64,000 nt of DNA from Heteronotia binoei (Eukaryota). The translations under genes and the position numbers were made by a program. Under the pieces are notes generated by a model that was given only the letters and a program-made list of their open reading frames with translations, was not told where the DNA came from and made no database searches. Every line of letters begins with the position of its first letter. Position 1 is the first letter of the stretch. The DNA is taken from NCBI RefSeq assembly GCF_032191835.1, contig NC_083228.1, forward strand, positions 74,214,001 through 74,278,000. The letters are read 5' to 3'. Shown here in pieces: positions 25,093 through 34,804 of the stretch.

Positions 25093-25789
25093 TCCTAAAG
25101 AAAGCACAGTAAGTGGAGTACTTTGTTTTAAACAGGAATTTGAGCCTAATTTTCTCACACATTATGTCTAATAATCTAATCATAGTTTTTGTTTGTTTTT
25201 TTATTTGGTACTTTTGATGTAACCACAAAATATGCCATGAAAATAGGACCAAAGGCAAACCTAAAGATGCAAAGACCATCAAGGGAATAGGAGAAAAAAA
25301 TGAACAGCTATAACACGAATGAAAAGGAGGACTACTGATGAATGACCATAGTTTCAAGTGGTGACCACTGAGTGACCAAATCTCTTTGATTTCTTATACA
25401 CAGAGCAAAGGCAGGCTGTATTTATAACCGCTACCCGCTCTATAATTTTCAGGATTACACATGCTTCTCCTAACTTCACAAGAATCCAAAGAACCACACT
25501 CAAGTCTGTCACAGCAAACAAATATACAAACCAGCTGTGTGGCCATTAATGGACTAGCACCCACTATCAAATGCAAAACATGCGTACCCAGATGTATTTT
25601 TATACACATACCGTAAGTATTAAAAAGGTCAGCATTTGCAGGGTCAAAAGCAGCAATAGGACACAATATTCCTGTGACTTTTATGAGTAAAAAAAGAGAA
25701 GAGCCTATAAACTGGACAGATGCAGGTGGCACATCAGCATCAATCATAGATTTTTGATCATTCTAATGCTGTCTATTCACAACAAACTT

Positions 25790-25950
25790 ATGGTGACCCC
25801 TCATGGGGTTTTCAAGGCAAGAAATGAAACAAGAGGTGGTTTGCAACCTCAGGCTTCCTTAGTGATCTCCCCTCCAAGTACTAACCAAAGCAAACCTTGC
25901 TTACGGTCTGAGATTTTACGAGATCGGACAAGTCTGAACCATACAGATAA
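25790..25950 (-). mobile_element. 5S-derived SINE
   Basis: CCAAGTACTAACC...GCTTACGGTCTGAGATTTTACGAGATCGG is a degenerate reverse-strand 5S segment. Confidence 0.65.
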
Positions 25951-26399
25951 GGGCCACCCCATTTCTAGGTCTTGTTAAACGTTACCCACTCGAAGGCGAC
26001 TTAAATCTGAGGGTAATAAACAGCATAATCTTCTTTCCCAAATAAACTGTTCAAACTGAGAAAAATAGTAGCCCAAGAGAGCAAAAAGTCGTAGCCGGAC
26101 TCTATCGGCTGTCCTAGACTTATTACTATGGAGATGAGTCCGTCCCCCCCCCCCCGCCGATACTCAGCAGCATTTTTAAAAAGGGAACCTCCTCCCCAAG
26201 TTCTGTATTGTTGCAACCCATCTTGCGTCTCATTTTGCTGCATGCGAACTCATCCTCTAATCACTGTATTAGACACTCTCTCCAAATAAACGCGTACTTC
26301 ATGTACCCCACTCTTTCCTTTTCTAACGTTTCCTTCCCAGTTCACCCAATAGAGTTCCTCCTCTCATCTTCACCATTTAACCAAGAGAAGTAAAATGCC

Positions 26400-26750
26400 A
26401 CACTTACATAGTACAGCCGCACATGTGAGAGAAAGGCTTCGTGACCCGGAAATCAAAATGGCATAAGGTAAAGACCGAGAAAGGTCAACAGGAAGCATAC
26501 GCGTGAGCCCACGGCAACCATAGTGCTAAGCAGCAACTAGATGTCATAGAGAGGGAGGAACGGATAACGAAGAGCACATCAATTAGCCAATCGTGAGGCA
26601 GTCTCCTGAAGCAGTTCCGCCTTATTCGTCAGGGCAAGGGGAAGGTCTGGCTAACGCCATCTTGTGAGTGAAGGGCATTGAATGGTTGTGGTTCTGTAGT
26701 AGATTGGTCCGTGAGATTGGGGAATTTTGCTTTGGTGGAAGCGTGAGTAA
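26400..26750. promoter_or_regulatory. Bidirectional promoter PDCD11 / ATP5MK
   Basis: CpG-enriched; CCGGAAAT (ETS/GABP-type) 26446-26453, AGCCAATC (CCAAT) ~26585-26592, CGCCATCTT (YY1-type) ~26655-26663; splice donors point outward on both strands. Confidence 0.7.
26408..26460 (-). other. PDCD11: Probable non-coding exon 1 of PDCD11
   Basis: Minus-strand GTAAGT donor after 26408, within the CpG-containing promoter and next to an ETS motif; TSS position approximate. Confidence 0.55.
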
Positions 26751-27222
26751 TTTTTGTGTGAAGATACAGTTTCTCCGATGCCTCCTTAGTCTCATGTTAG
26801 TAGTATCCTTTCTTGTATGCGTTCTGTGCATTATTTATTGTAATCCTAACAACAAATTTTGCCTACACTTCAGTGAATTCCTGGTCCGTTCCATTTAAGC
26901 ATTGTGGGTAACTGGTGAGTCTGTGAGGAGGACCAATTTAAATTACAGACTGGAACTCGAGATCAAATCCTAATTTAACCGTAAAGCCCTTTGGGTTATC
27001 TTGAACTGATCACCATAGAAACTAAACTATTTCACAGGGTTGCTATAAGGACCAGATGCATGTATGGTGGTATGCATGTAACTCTGACATTTGATTGTGT
27101 CACTGAATTATTTTACTGGATGGTTGTGCGTGTGAATTGAAGGTGAAAAGAACAATGTATGCCAGCCTTAGCTCCTTGGAGGAAGAGTTGGATAAAAATG
27201 CAATAAGTAATTATGTTACTCC

Positions 27223-27432
27223 CAGGGCTTTTTTTGTAGAACTGGGGGGTTTTTTGTTTAAAAAAGCCCAGGAGGAACTCATTTGCATATTAGGCCACAC
27301 ACCCCTGACATCACCATTGCTTCACACAGGGCTTTTTGTGGGAAAAGTCAAGGAGAAGCTCATTTGCATATTAGACTACACACACTGCTGCTGAGCCGGC
27401 TGGAACTATGTTCCTGCTCAAAAAAGGCCCTA
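27223..27432. mobile_element. hAT MITE (CAGGGCTTTTTT family) with two octamer motifs
   Basis: Perfect TSD GTTACTCC (27215-27222, 27433-27440); ATTTGCAT at 27281 and 27362. Confidence 0.85.
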
Positions 27433-28485
27433 GTTACTCCTGGTTTTCAAACTCTGAAAGATGAGTGCAGGTTTATCCTTTTAAAGGTTTCCAATAGCAA
27501 ATCAATTTCCAGTTAAGGATTTGCCTGTTTGAACTGAACCTAAGAAGCTTCTAGTAAGTTGCTGTTGCATACCAGAACCTGCTGTCTCCCCTGCATGAGT
27601 TTTGAACTTGCTCCTCATTGATATCCGTTCCCTAAGGAATATTGCTGAAGAGCAATGATTGCAGGTGTATTTGAAATCAATTCTCTTATTTTTTTTTGAG
27701 GGAAGGAACCAGGAAGCAGCAACATATAGAAGACTGCCATAGCATTAAATACTTTTAATATAATAAATATTAAACTTATTGAGGTAGTTTATAGTTGTTA
27801 CAGTCTGTTAGGGTAAAAATGTGCACAGCAGAAGTATTTTAGAGAAAGCATAAGTCCTGATTTGAAAAATGACAGCTGCTACATCAAAAAAAGTATTGTA
27901 TAAGATAATGCTATTGCTTTCCAAGAAAAAATGCAGAATATATGCTCTGAATTTCAGAAATGCATTTTCAGAACTTTGCTATAGTTCATCAGAGTAGAAC
28001 TTTATTTTTTTTTCTTTTACTGGCGCACTATCTGACAATAATGTTGCTTTATAATGTATTATTCTACTTTTTTGCACATTGACTCCATCAAAATTATAGA
28101 TGGTGAATTTTGGCCTGAGGTACCAAAAAATTATTACATGCTTTATTCTAGTATCGAATACAGTTCGTTACATCAGTTCTGCAATTAAGTCCATAGAAGT
28201 AACTTATTTTTTTATTAGTCCATCTACATATCACTGTGTCTTAATGTACGGAGGTAGATTTTTGGTTTCACAACACTAACTTTTGTTTACATGGAAGCAG
28301 GACTTAAAAGAATCATATCTGTTGGTGGTGCTCCTGCATGTAGTGCTAGTTTTAGCTTAATGCTCTAATCCTTGAATACAGATAAATGGAATAAAGTGAG
28401 TAGTTGTATCGCAGTTTTCCATTTTGGCTAGAAAATAGTTAAGAGACATATGAACTCTTTATTTTTAAATCCAGGACAAGCAGTG

Positions 28486-28572
28486 ATGGCAGGACATGAT
28501 TCTGGAGCGCATCCACAATTCACAGGGTTTCAAAAATACTTCAATTCTTACACCTTGATTGGCCGAAGGAAT
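28486..28572 (+). CDS. ATP5MK: ATP synthase membrane subunit k (DAPIT/USMG5), first coding exon
   Basis: MAGHDSGAHPQFTGFQKYFNSYTLIGRRN matches DAPIT (FTG..KYFNSYTL.GR.N); acceptor before 28475, GTAAGT donor at 28573. Confidence 0.95.
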
Positions 28573-28653
28573 GTAAGTATGCATTCAGATAACCATAAAG
28601 CATGCTTCTGAAATGTGTTTTATTTAATTCATAGTATCTTTTTCTGTTTTCAG

Positions 28654-28746
28654 TGTGTAATAGCCACATATGCAAGCGTTGCAATGCTCATCCTGTACTT
28701 CAAACTAAGGCCTAAAAAACAAAAACCAGCTGTGACAGAGAAATAA
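28654..28746 (+). CDS. ATP5MK: ATP5MK second coding exon (TM helix, stop)
   Basis: CVIATYASVAMLILYFKLRPKKQKPAVTEK*; total 59 aa; donor 5 nt after TAA. Confidence 0.95.
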   Translation, partial: CVIATYASVAMLILYFKLRPKKQKPAVTEK

Positions 28747-28804
28747 AATGGGTAAGTACCATATTTTATTACTATCATTATTAGCAGCAAATAATATTAC
28801 AGTT

Positions 28805-28940
28805 GCCCTGACATAAATAGATCTAAGCAGAGTTGGCCCGGGTTAGTATTTGGATGGAAGATCCAGGGAATACCAGGGTCACTATATAGAGGCAAGCAAT
28901 GGCAAACCACTGCTTATTGTCTCTTGCCTTAAAAACCTTA
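28805..28940 (+). mobile_element. 5S-derived SINE
   Basis: CTAAGCAGAGTTGGCCCGGGTTAGTATTTGGATGGAAGA..GGGAATACC, then GCAATGGCAAACCAC body. Confidence 0.65.
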
Positions 28941-29169
28941 TGCTGTTTGTAATTTGCTGACAAAAAAATTGCATCATGTCATTACAGATTATTTTTTTTG
29001 TTTCCAAGCCTGTGTTGTTTCTAGTTTGAACATGGAAATGAGAAAAAAAATTCTACTAGTTCTTTTCCTGACAAACTTTCTGATTTTTTAAAATTCTCAC
29101 AAATATGTACTCTTTGTAAGCAAATGTTACATGTAAATGTGTGGCATTGGAACTGGGGTGTGAACTAGT

Positions 29170-30056
29170 GGAGAGTAACTAAGAGAGATCTTGGGGTCAT
29201 GGTAGATAACTCAGCGAAAATGTTGAGACAGTGTGTGACGGCAACAAACAAGGCCAATGCTATGCTGGGAATTATTAGGAAGGGAATTGAAAACAAATCA
29301 GCCAGTATCATAATGCCCCTGTATAAATCGATGGTGCAGCCTCATTTGGAGTACTGTGTACAATTCTGGTCACCACACCTCAAAAAAGATATTATAGCAT
29401 TGGAAAAGGTGCAGAAAAGGGCAACTAGAATGTTTAAAGGTTTGAACACTTTCCTTGTGAAGAAAGGTTAAAACACTTGGAGTGTTTTAGCTTGGAGAAA
29501 TGTTGATAGAGGGGTGATATGATAGAGGGTGCTCGCTTCGGCAACACATATACCAAAAAAATTGGAATGCTATTGATGGAGGTTTACAAAATTATGCATG
29601 GGATAGAGAAGGTAGAGAAAAGTATTTTTCTCTCTTTCTCACAATACGAGAACTCGTGGACACTCAATGAAATTGCTGAGCAGTCAGGCTAGAACAGATA
29701 AAAGGAAGTACTTCTTCACCCAGTGTGATTAACACATGGAATTAACTGCCACAGAAGGTGGTGGCAGCTACAAACATGGACAGCTTCAATAGGAGGTTGG
29801 ATAAACATATGGAGCAGAAGTTCATCAGTGGCTGTTAGCCACAGGTTATTGATGGAACTCTCTGGACAGTGATGCTCTGTATTCTTGGTGCCTGGGGCGG
29901 TGGGGGGGGGAGACAGTGGGAGAGCTTCTAGTGTCCTGGCCCCACTGATGGACCTCCTGATGGCACCAGGTCTGTTTTTTTGGTCATTGTGTGACATGAG
30001 TGTTGGACTGGATGGGCCATTGGCCTGATCCAACATGGTTTCTCTTATGTTCTTAT
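29170..30056 (+). mobile_element. CR1 LINE 3' fragment
   Basis: ANAMLGIIRKGIENK...LEYCVQFWSPHLKKD; tail TCTCTTATGTTCTTATG. Confidence 0.92.
29529..29573 (+). pseudogene. 3'-truncated U6 snRNA pseudogene inside CR1
   Basis: GTGCTCGCTTCGGCAACACATATACCAAAAAAATTGGAA matches the U6 5' end; flanked by TGATAGAGG/TGATGGAGG. Confidence 0.88.
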
Positions 30057-30285
30057 GTACAGAACCACACTAGTAAAATATCCTAGAGTTGAAGTCACTT
30101 AAACATTTTTATTTTGTAGTTTATCCTTCTACAATGTGCAGCTGTGTAAACATACGTCCTGCAATTCCTTACTGAGACATTACTGAGGAATTTTCACAGG
30201 AAAAACATGATAGTTGCTTTCAATACTTTTTGTCTGATGTTTCTAAATTAGATTCTGCCTAACAGTCCATTTTCTTTTTTATCAG

Positions 30286-30455
30286 GTTGTTAATGTGCTG
30301 GTAGTGAACTTCCAATGTGGTATTGATGCAGCCAGAAAAAAACTGATGTACAGTTCAAATAAATCATGACCAGTGATGGAATTTGTCTTCTGTACATATT
30401 GCCAGTAGTGAAGTGATTCTACATAAACAATAAACACGTCTAAAATGTTCCAATT
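30286..30455 (+). other. ATP5MK: Probable terminal non-coding exon of ATP5MK
   Basis: Polypyrimidine tract + CAG at 30283-30285; AATAAA at ~30358 and 30429-30434. Confidence 0.65.
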
Positions 30456-31148
30456 TATTTAAAGTGCCTGTTGCATTTATCTTGAAAATAGGTGTTAGAG
30501 CATAGGCAAGCATAATCCCTTGCCAGGTATTCCTGCATTTCTGGAACATATTGCACATTTTCCTGCTTAAAATGTAAATTGTAAGTGCTGTTAATCCAAT
30601 TGTAGTATGAGAGAAACATATTTTAAGATTTCTGTTCTGTTACATTATTTACATCTACACCTTCATGTGAGGAAATGAATTTTACCAGAAATGCTTTTTT
30701 ACTAGCAGGCTCAAGCACTTTGCATAACACAGAATTGTTTTAAGATGAGTGCCAGTTACACGACAGTATTCCTGGTTTTGTACCAATTGGTGTTCTGTTT
30801 TTCAGCATGAGTACAACCAATTATCTATAGGGAAATACAGTGTTAAATGGATAATATTCCTGCATTATATCAGGAAAAGTTAGATTTCAAAAACTGTTTC
30901 AATACCCAGCTAGAGCCAAAACACCGTATCTTTTAATATTTTGATAGTATTTGTTTTTTTTTTAAACAGAGGTCATCATCTTGTTGCTGGAGCAGAGGCT
31001 CAACAAAATGGGTTTATTAACCAAATTATGAAATGCTTCAGGTTTTATTACTGAAAGTGTCAGTTACTTAGTGTTCCTGTAAACCAAGAATAATTGTAAT
31101 GAAAATACCACTTTCACTCCTATTGATAAGAACTCATATCACCTATCC

Positions 31149-31432
31149 AGAGAGCCAGTTTGGTGTAGTGGTTAACTGTGCGGACTCTTATCTGGGAGAA
31201 CCGGGTTTGATTCCCCACTCCTCCACTTGCACCTGCTAGCATGGCCTTGGGTCAGCCATAGCTCTGGCAGAAGTTGTCCTTGAAAGGGCAGCTGCTGTGA
31301 AAGCCCTCTCCAGCCCCACCCACCTCACAGGGTGTCTGTTGTGGGGGAGGAAGGTAAAGGAGATTGTGAGCTGCTCTGAGACTCTTTGGAGTGGAGGGCG
31401 GGATATAAATCCAATATCATCATCATCTTCTT
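31149..31432 (+). mobile_element. Near full-length tRNA-derived SINE (Squam3-like)
   Basis: A-box GGTGTAGTGG, B-box GGTTTGATTCC; L2/MIR-like tail GGGCGGGATATAAAT + (TCA/TCT)n. Confidence 0.85.
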
Positions 31433-33083
31433 CCAATTTTAAAATATAGTGTATTAGTAGATCCTGAGTACCATCATTGGAAGGAATGCACACCTTTACT
31501 ATTTGTTCCAAGTCAATATGTGGATTTCATATAGAAAATCCCCTTTGCCCTCCGGCCTACAGTCAAGCAATATACAATGACAATTATATTACTGTGTAAG
31601 TGATAGAGATGTTTATTTCCCAGTTATTTGCCCTTGCTTCACTCATTTAGTAAATGTAATAATTTGTAACAACCTTAATTTAGGATTGCTTCCTTTTTAA
31701 TGGCTATAAATTCTGCAGTGCAGACATGATAGTTACAGTGACCTGTTGCCAATTATGATTCTGTTGTGTTAGAAATTTTTTCATCAGTTACAAATTGTAA
31801 AATCAGTATATACGGTGGGTCAGGGAATACTTAATTGAAACAAATGTCCCTCATTAGTTAACTGTAGGTGTATAGTTACTGTGCTGTCACCACATAGCTG
31901 ACAAGTGTCTTACTAAACAGTTATCCTGCAGTTCCTTGTCAGCGTGAAATGCTTAACTGGCTTCCCCTCTTCACCCAAAATAAAGGATATATGCAATTTT
32001 ATATGTTTCAGCTCAGTGGTAAATATCAAGAGGAACTGTGACATAAGTGACTGGGGAAAAAGCTTAGAATTTTTATTGACCCAAAAATTTTTCTCAAAAT
32101 GAATTGTTCCACTTGTCTTTGCGAAGAGAAAGCATGATGGGATTAGTTCCACTTTTCCTTAAGAAAATAAAGCTTGATGGTATTAATTCTAATAGACACT
32201 GCAGCAATATTTCATGTAAGAATTGCAGAGAATAATTTGTCTTTATTACAAAGTATCAAAAATATAAAACTGTACAAAATGAAAAACCATGGCAGTTTAA
32301 TTTTTTTAAAAAAACGTGTGGCTCATTCATTTCCTGCCAGAATTCAACAACTGGTAGACAGCTCAATCTGTGTTGTAACTGAACATATGAATTATAGTTA
32401 CTAACCCATTCTAGAAAAGCAATGTGGTGTTACTCTAGTATACACTTTATAGGGATGTGATTCTATACTTCTGTCCCAAAGTAATTTAACAGAGGACAAA
32501 AAACAGTACCCCAATTAAAGATTGTCACAATTTAAAAGGTCCATCTCTAAAGCATCATTCAAATTTTGTCAGCAGGCTTCAATATACTCAATCTGTACTG
32601 TCCTCCTTAGAATAAATAAGGACCTCACGTAAGACAAATAACTATGTTCTCTCCATATTATAAAAAGAACCCACAGTTCCATGTGGAAGCTCCTACTGAA
32701 GTTCGTGGAAGTGGTTAAACCCGGAAAAATGACAAAATAAGTGCTTTTAAAAAGCTGTTAAATAATGTGTTGTTTACCTTTGATTTTACAACTGGTTCTG
32801 CAGTTTGGAGCTGAACAACCATTTCTTTGCTGAGGATAAGAGACTACCTGTACACTTATCTGAATTAAACTCCCCCTCCCCCATCAAATTCATGATTTCA
32901 GAGTCCAGCATTTTCCAGTGGAGCTTAAAACAGTTACTTGAAGGTGCTGCTTGGGTCATAGTTTATGTTGCTTGTTCCAACAGAAAAGTTCGTTTCAGTT
33001 CATCAGAGTCTTAAATAATACAAAATATTCTACAGCCTTTAATTCACAAGGCCTTACACAACCAAGTCTTGTAGTTTCATAGT

Positions 33084-33301
33084 TCACTGGGAACTGTATG
33101 CGCCAGCAGAAAGAAGCAGATTTCTGCGAGTGAAATGGAGATGTATGACGGGAGTTGATTTGGTCATATAGGTACCTAACAACAAGTCCTGAGAGCTTTC
33201 AGGCAGATTTATATGTCCAGTGGCTGTGGTAAAATCATCTGTTTCTAAGTCCTCAAAGGCTTTCAAAGCATCCCACAACTTTACTGTGTTATCCATTGAA
33301 C
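33084..33301 (-). CDS. TAF5: TAF5 exon 11 (last coding, TGA at 33086-33084)
   Basis: GSMDNTVKLWDALKAFEDLETDDFTTATGHINLPE...RRNLLLSAGAYSSQ*. Confidence 0.96.
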
Positions 33302-34316
33302 CTAACAAGAAATGGGACAAAGTTAACACATTCTACATTTATCAATTCACAGTATAAGTAAATCCATCCAGTAAATATGTTAATCAGGTTGCCAAATTCA
33401 AAGTATCTTGGAGTACTAGTGCAAATGCATTTTTGTTAGAAAAACTGTCAGTACTTATGTGAGGTGGTCCACCAATTTCTCCTCCCTCCGTTCTCTTTCT
33501 CTGGCAGTGGAGCAGTCCAGCGCATGAGCATCGGGACTTGAGAGTCCCTCCCAAAAACTGCTGATACTCAGTACCAGTGAGTATCATCCCCCCAAAAAAG
33601 TCCTGAGTGTTATAGCAACTCATTGACACAGGATTCACAAGCATTTAAGATGAACATAATAAGCTTGAGTAGCAACACTGTTTCTAAGTGCACTAAGATC
33701 AGAGACAAAGACAAAGGGTGTCCTAATATAAAAGGGAGCACTGAGAACACACTGCATTCAGATAGAATCGCAGAGTTGGAAGAGACCATACAGGGCATCT
33801 AGTGCAACCTCCTGCTCAATGCAGGATCAGCCTACAGCACTCCTGACAAGTGTTTGTCCAGCCGCTGCTTAAATACCGCTAGTGAGGGGAGAGCTCACCA
33901 CTTCCCTAAGTGGCTGATTCCACAGATGTCACAAATCTGAAAAATGGGCATAAATATAGTTTGCTACCATGTTCCTGTCCTCCTTTCCCATGTGGAACAC
34001 AATTGAGGATTTCCATGTTTCAGAAGCCTTCAATCACGCTTCGGTTTCCCATGATGCCCTGGTAAACTGCAGTTAATTCAAGTTTAGAATCCTGGCTTGG
34101 GAGGAAGAACCAATTTGCCTATGAGGCTAGGGCAATTTAGAATCAAATTTTAATAATAATAATAAACAACTACATATGTATGATCATCGTGGCAAATTAG
34201 TGTTCTAAAATTAGGTGGCTTCAAATGAACTCTGTGCAGGAGAAGCATGAAGGCCCCATGCAATCACAACAGCCGTTATTTTTGATTCACTGAACAAGAA
34301 ATCTTGATTTACACAC

Positions 34317-34494
34317 CTGATGCTAAAATTTCTCCATCTCTACTGAACCGGAGTGCAGAGACTGTATCTGTATGTCCTTTTAACTCCCCTACCATCAAAC
34401 CATGGCCAATATCCCAGAGAAGCACTCTTCCATCTGTAGCTCCAGTTGCCAAGAATCTTCCATTAGGAGAAAATGCTAATGAATGGACTGGTCC
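34317..34494 (-). CDS. TAF5: TAF5 exon 10
   Basis: GPVHSLAFSPNGRFLATGATDGRVLLWDIGHGLMVGELKGHTDTVSALRFSRDGEILAS; WD40; 178 nt. Confidence 0.96.
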
Positions 34495-34804
34495 CTAGAA
34501 CAAAAAAAGGTAAAACTATTACAGAATGAAGTTTTTGCATCTAAATACTCATGTCTATACGTTATGATTTAAAACAGATTTCAAACATTATCAACATGAA
34601 CAAGTTCAATTTTTTAGGTTCTGCTGACAGACTGCCTGGAACCTTCTTAAACTTGCTTCTAGTATTATGTAATTTTGCTATGTGGCCAACAGTAGATGCA
34701 TGCACATGGAAACAGACCATGGTTTAGGAGCAGAGCATCTGCTTTGTATGCAGAAAGTATCATGAGTGAAAAGGATCATGTAGTAGGTGATGTTAAAGGT
34801 CTCT

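Noticed and set aside
25394-25747. 117-aa minus-strand ORF in PDCD11 intron 1
   Set aside because: Upstream of the real start codon, no homology recognised, no convincing splice context
26650-28480. Orthologue of MIR1307 (hosted in the human ATP5MK 5' region)
   Set aside because: No recognisable hairpin or mature sequence seen; cannot be supported without alignment
29529-29573. Functional U6 snRNA gene
   Set aside because: Only ~45 nt of the snRNA, no PSE/TATA, embedded in CR1 with a TSD
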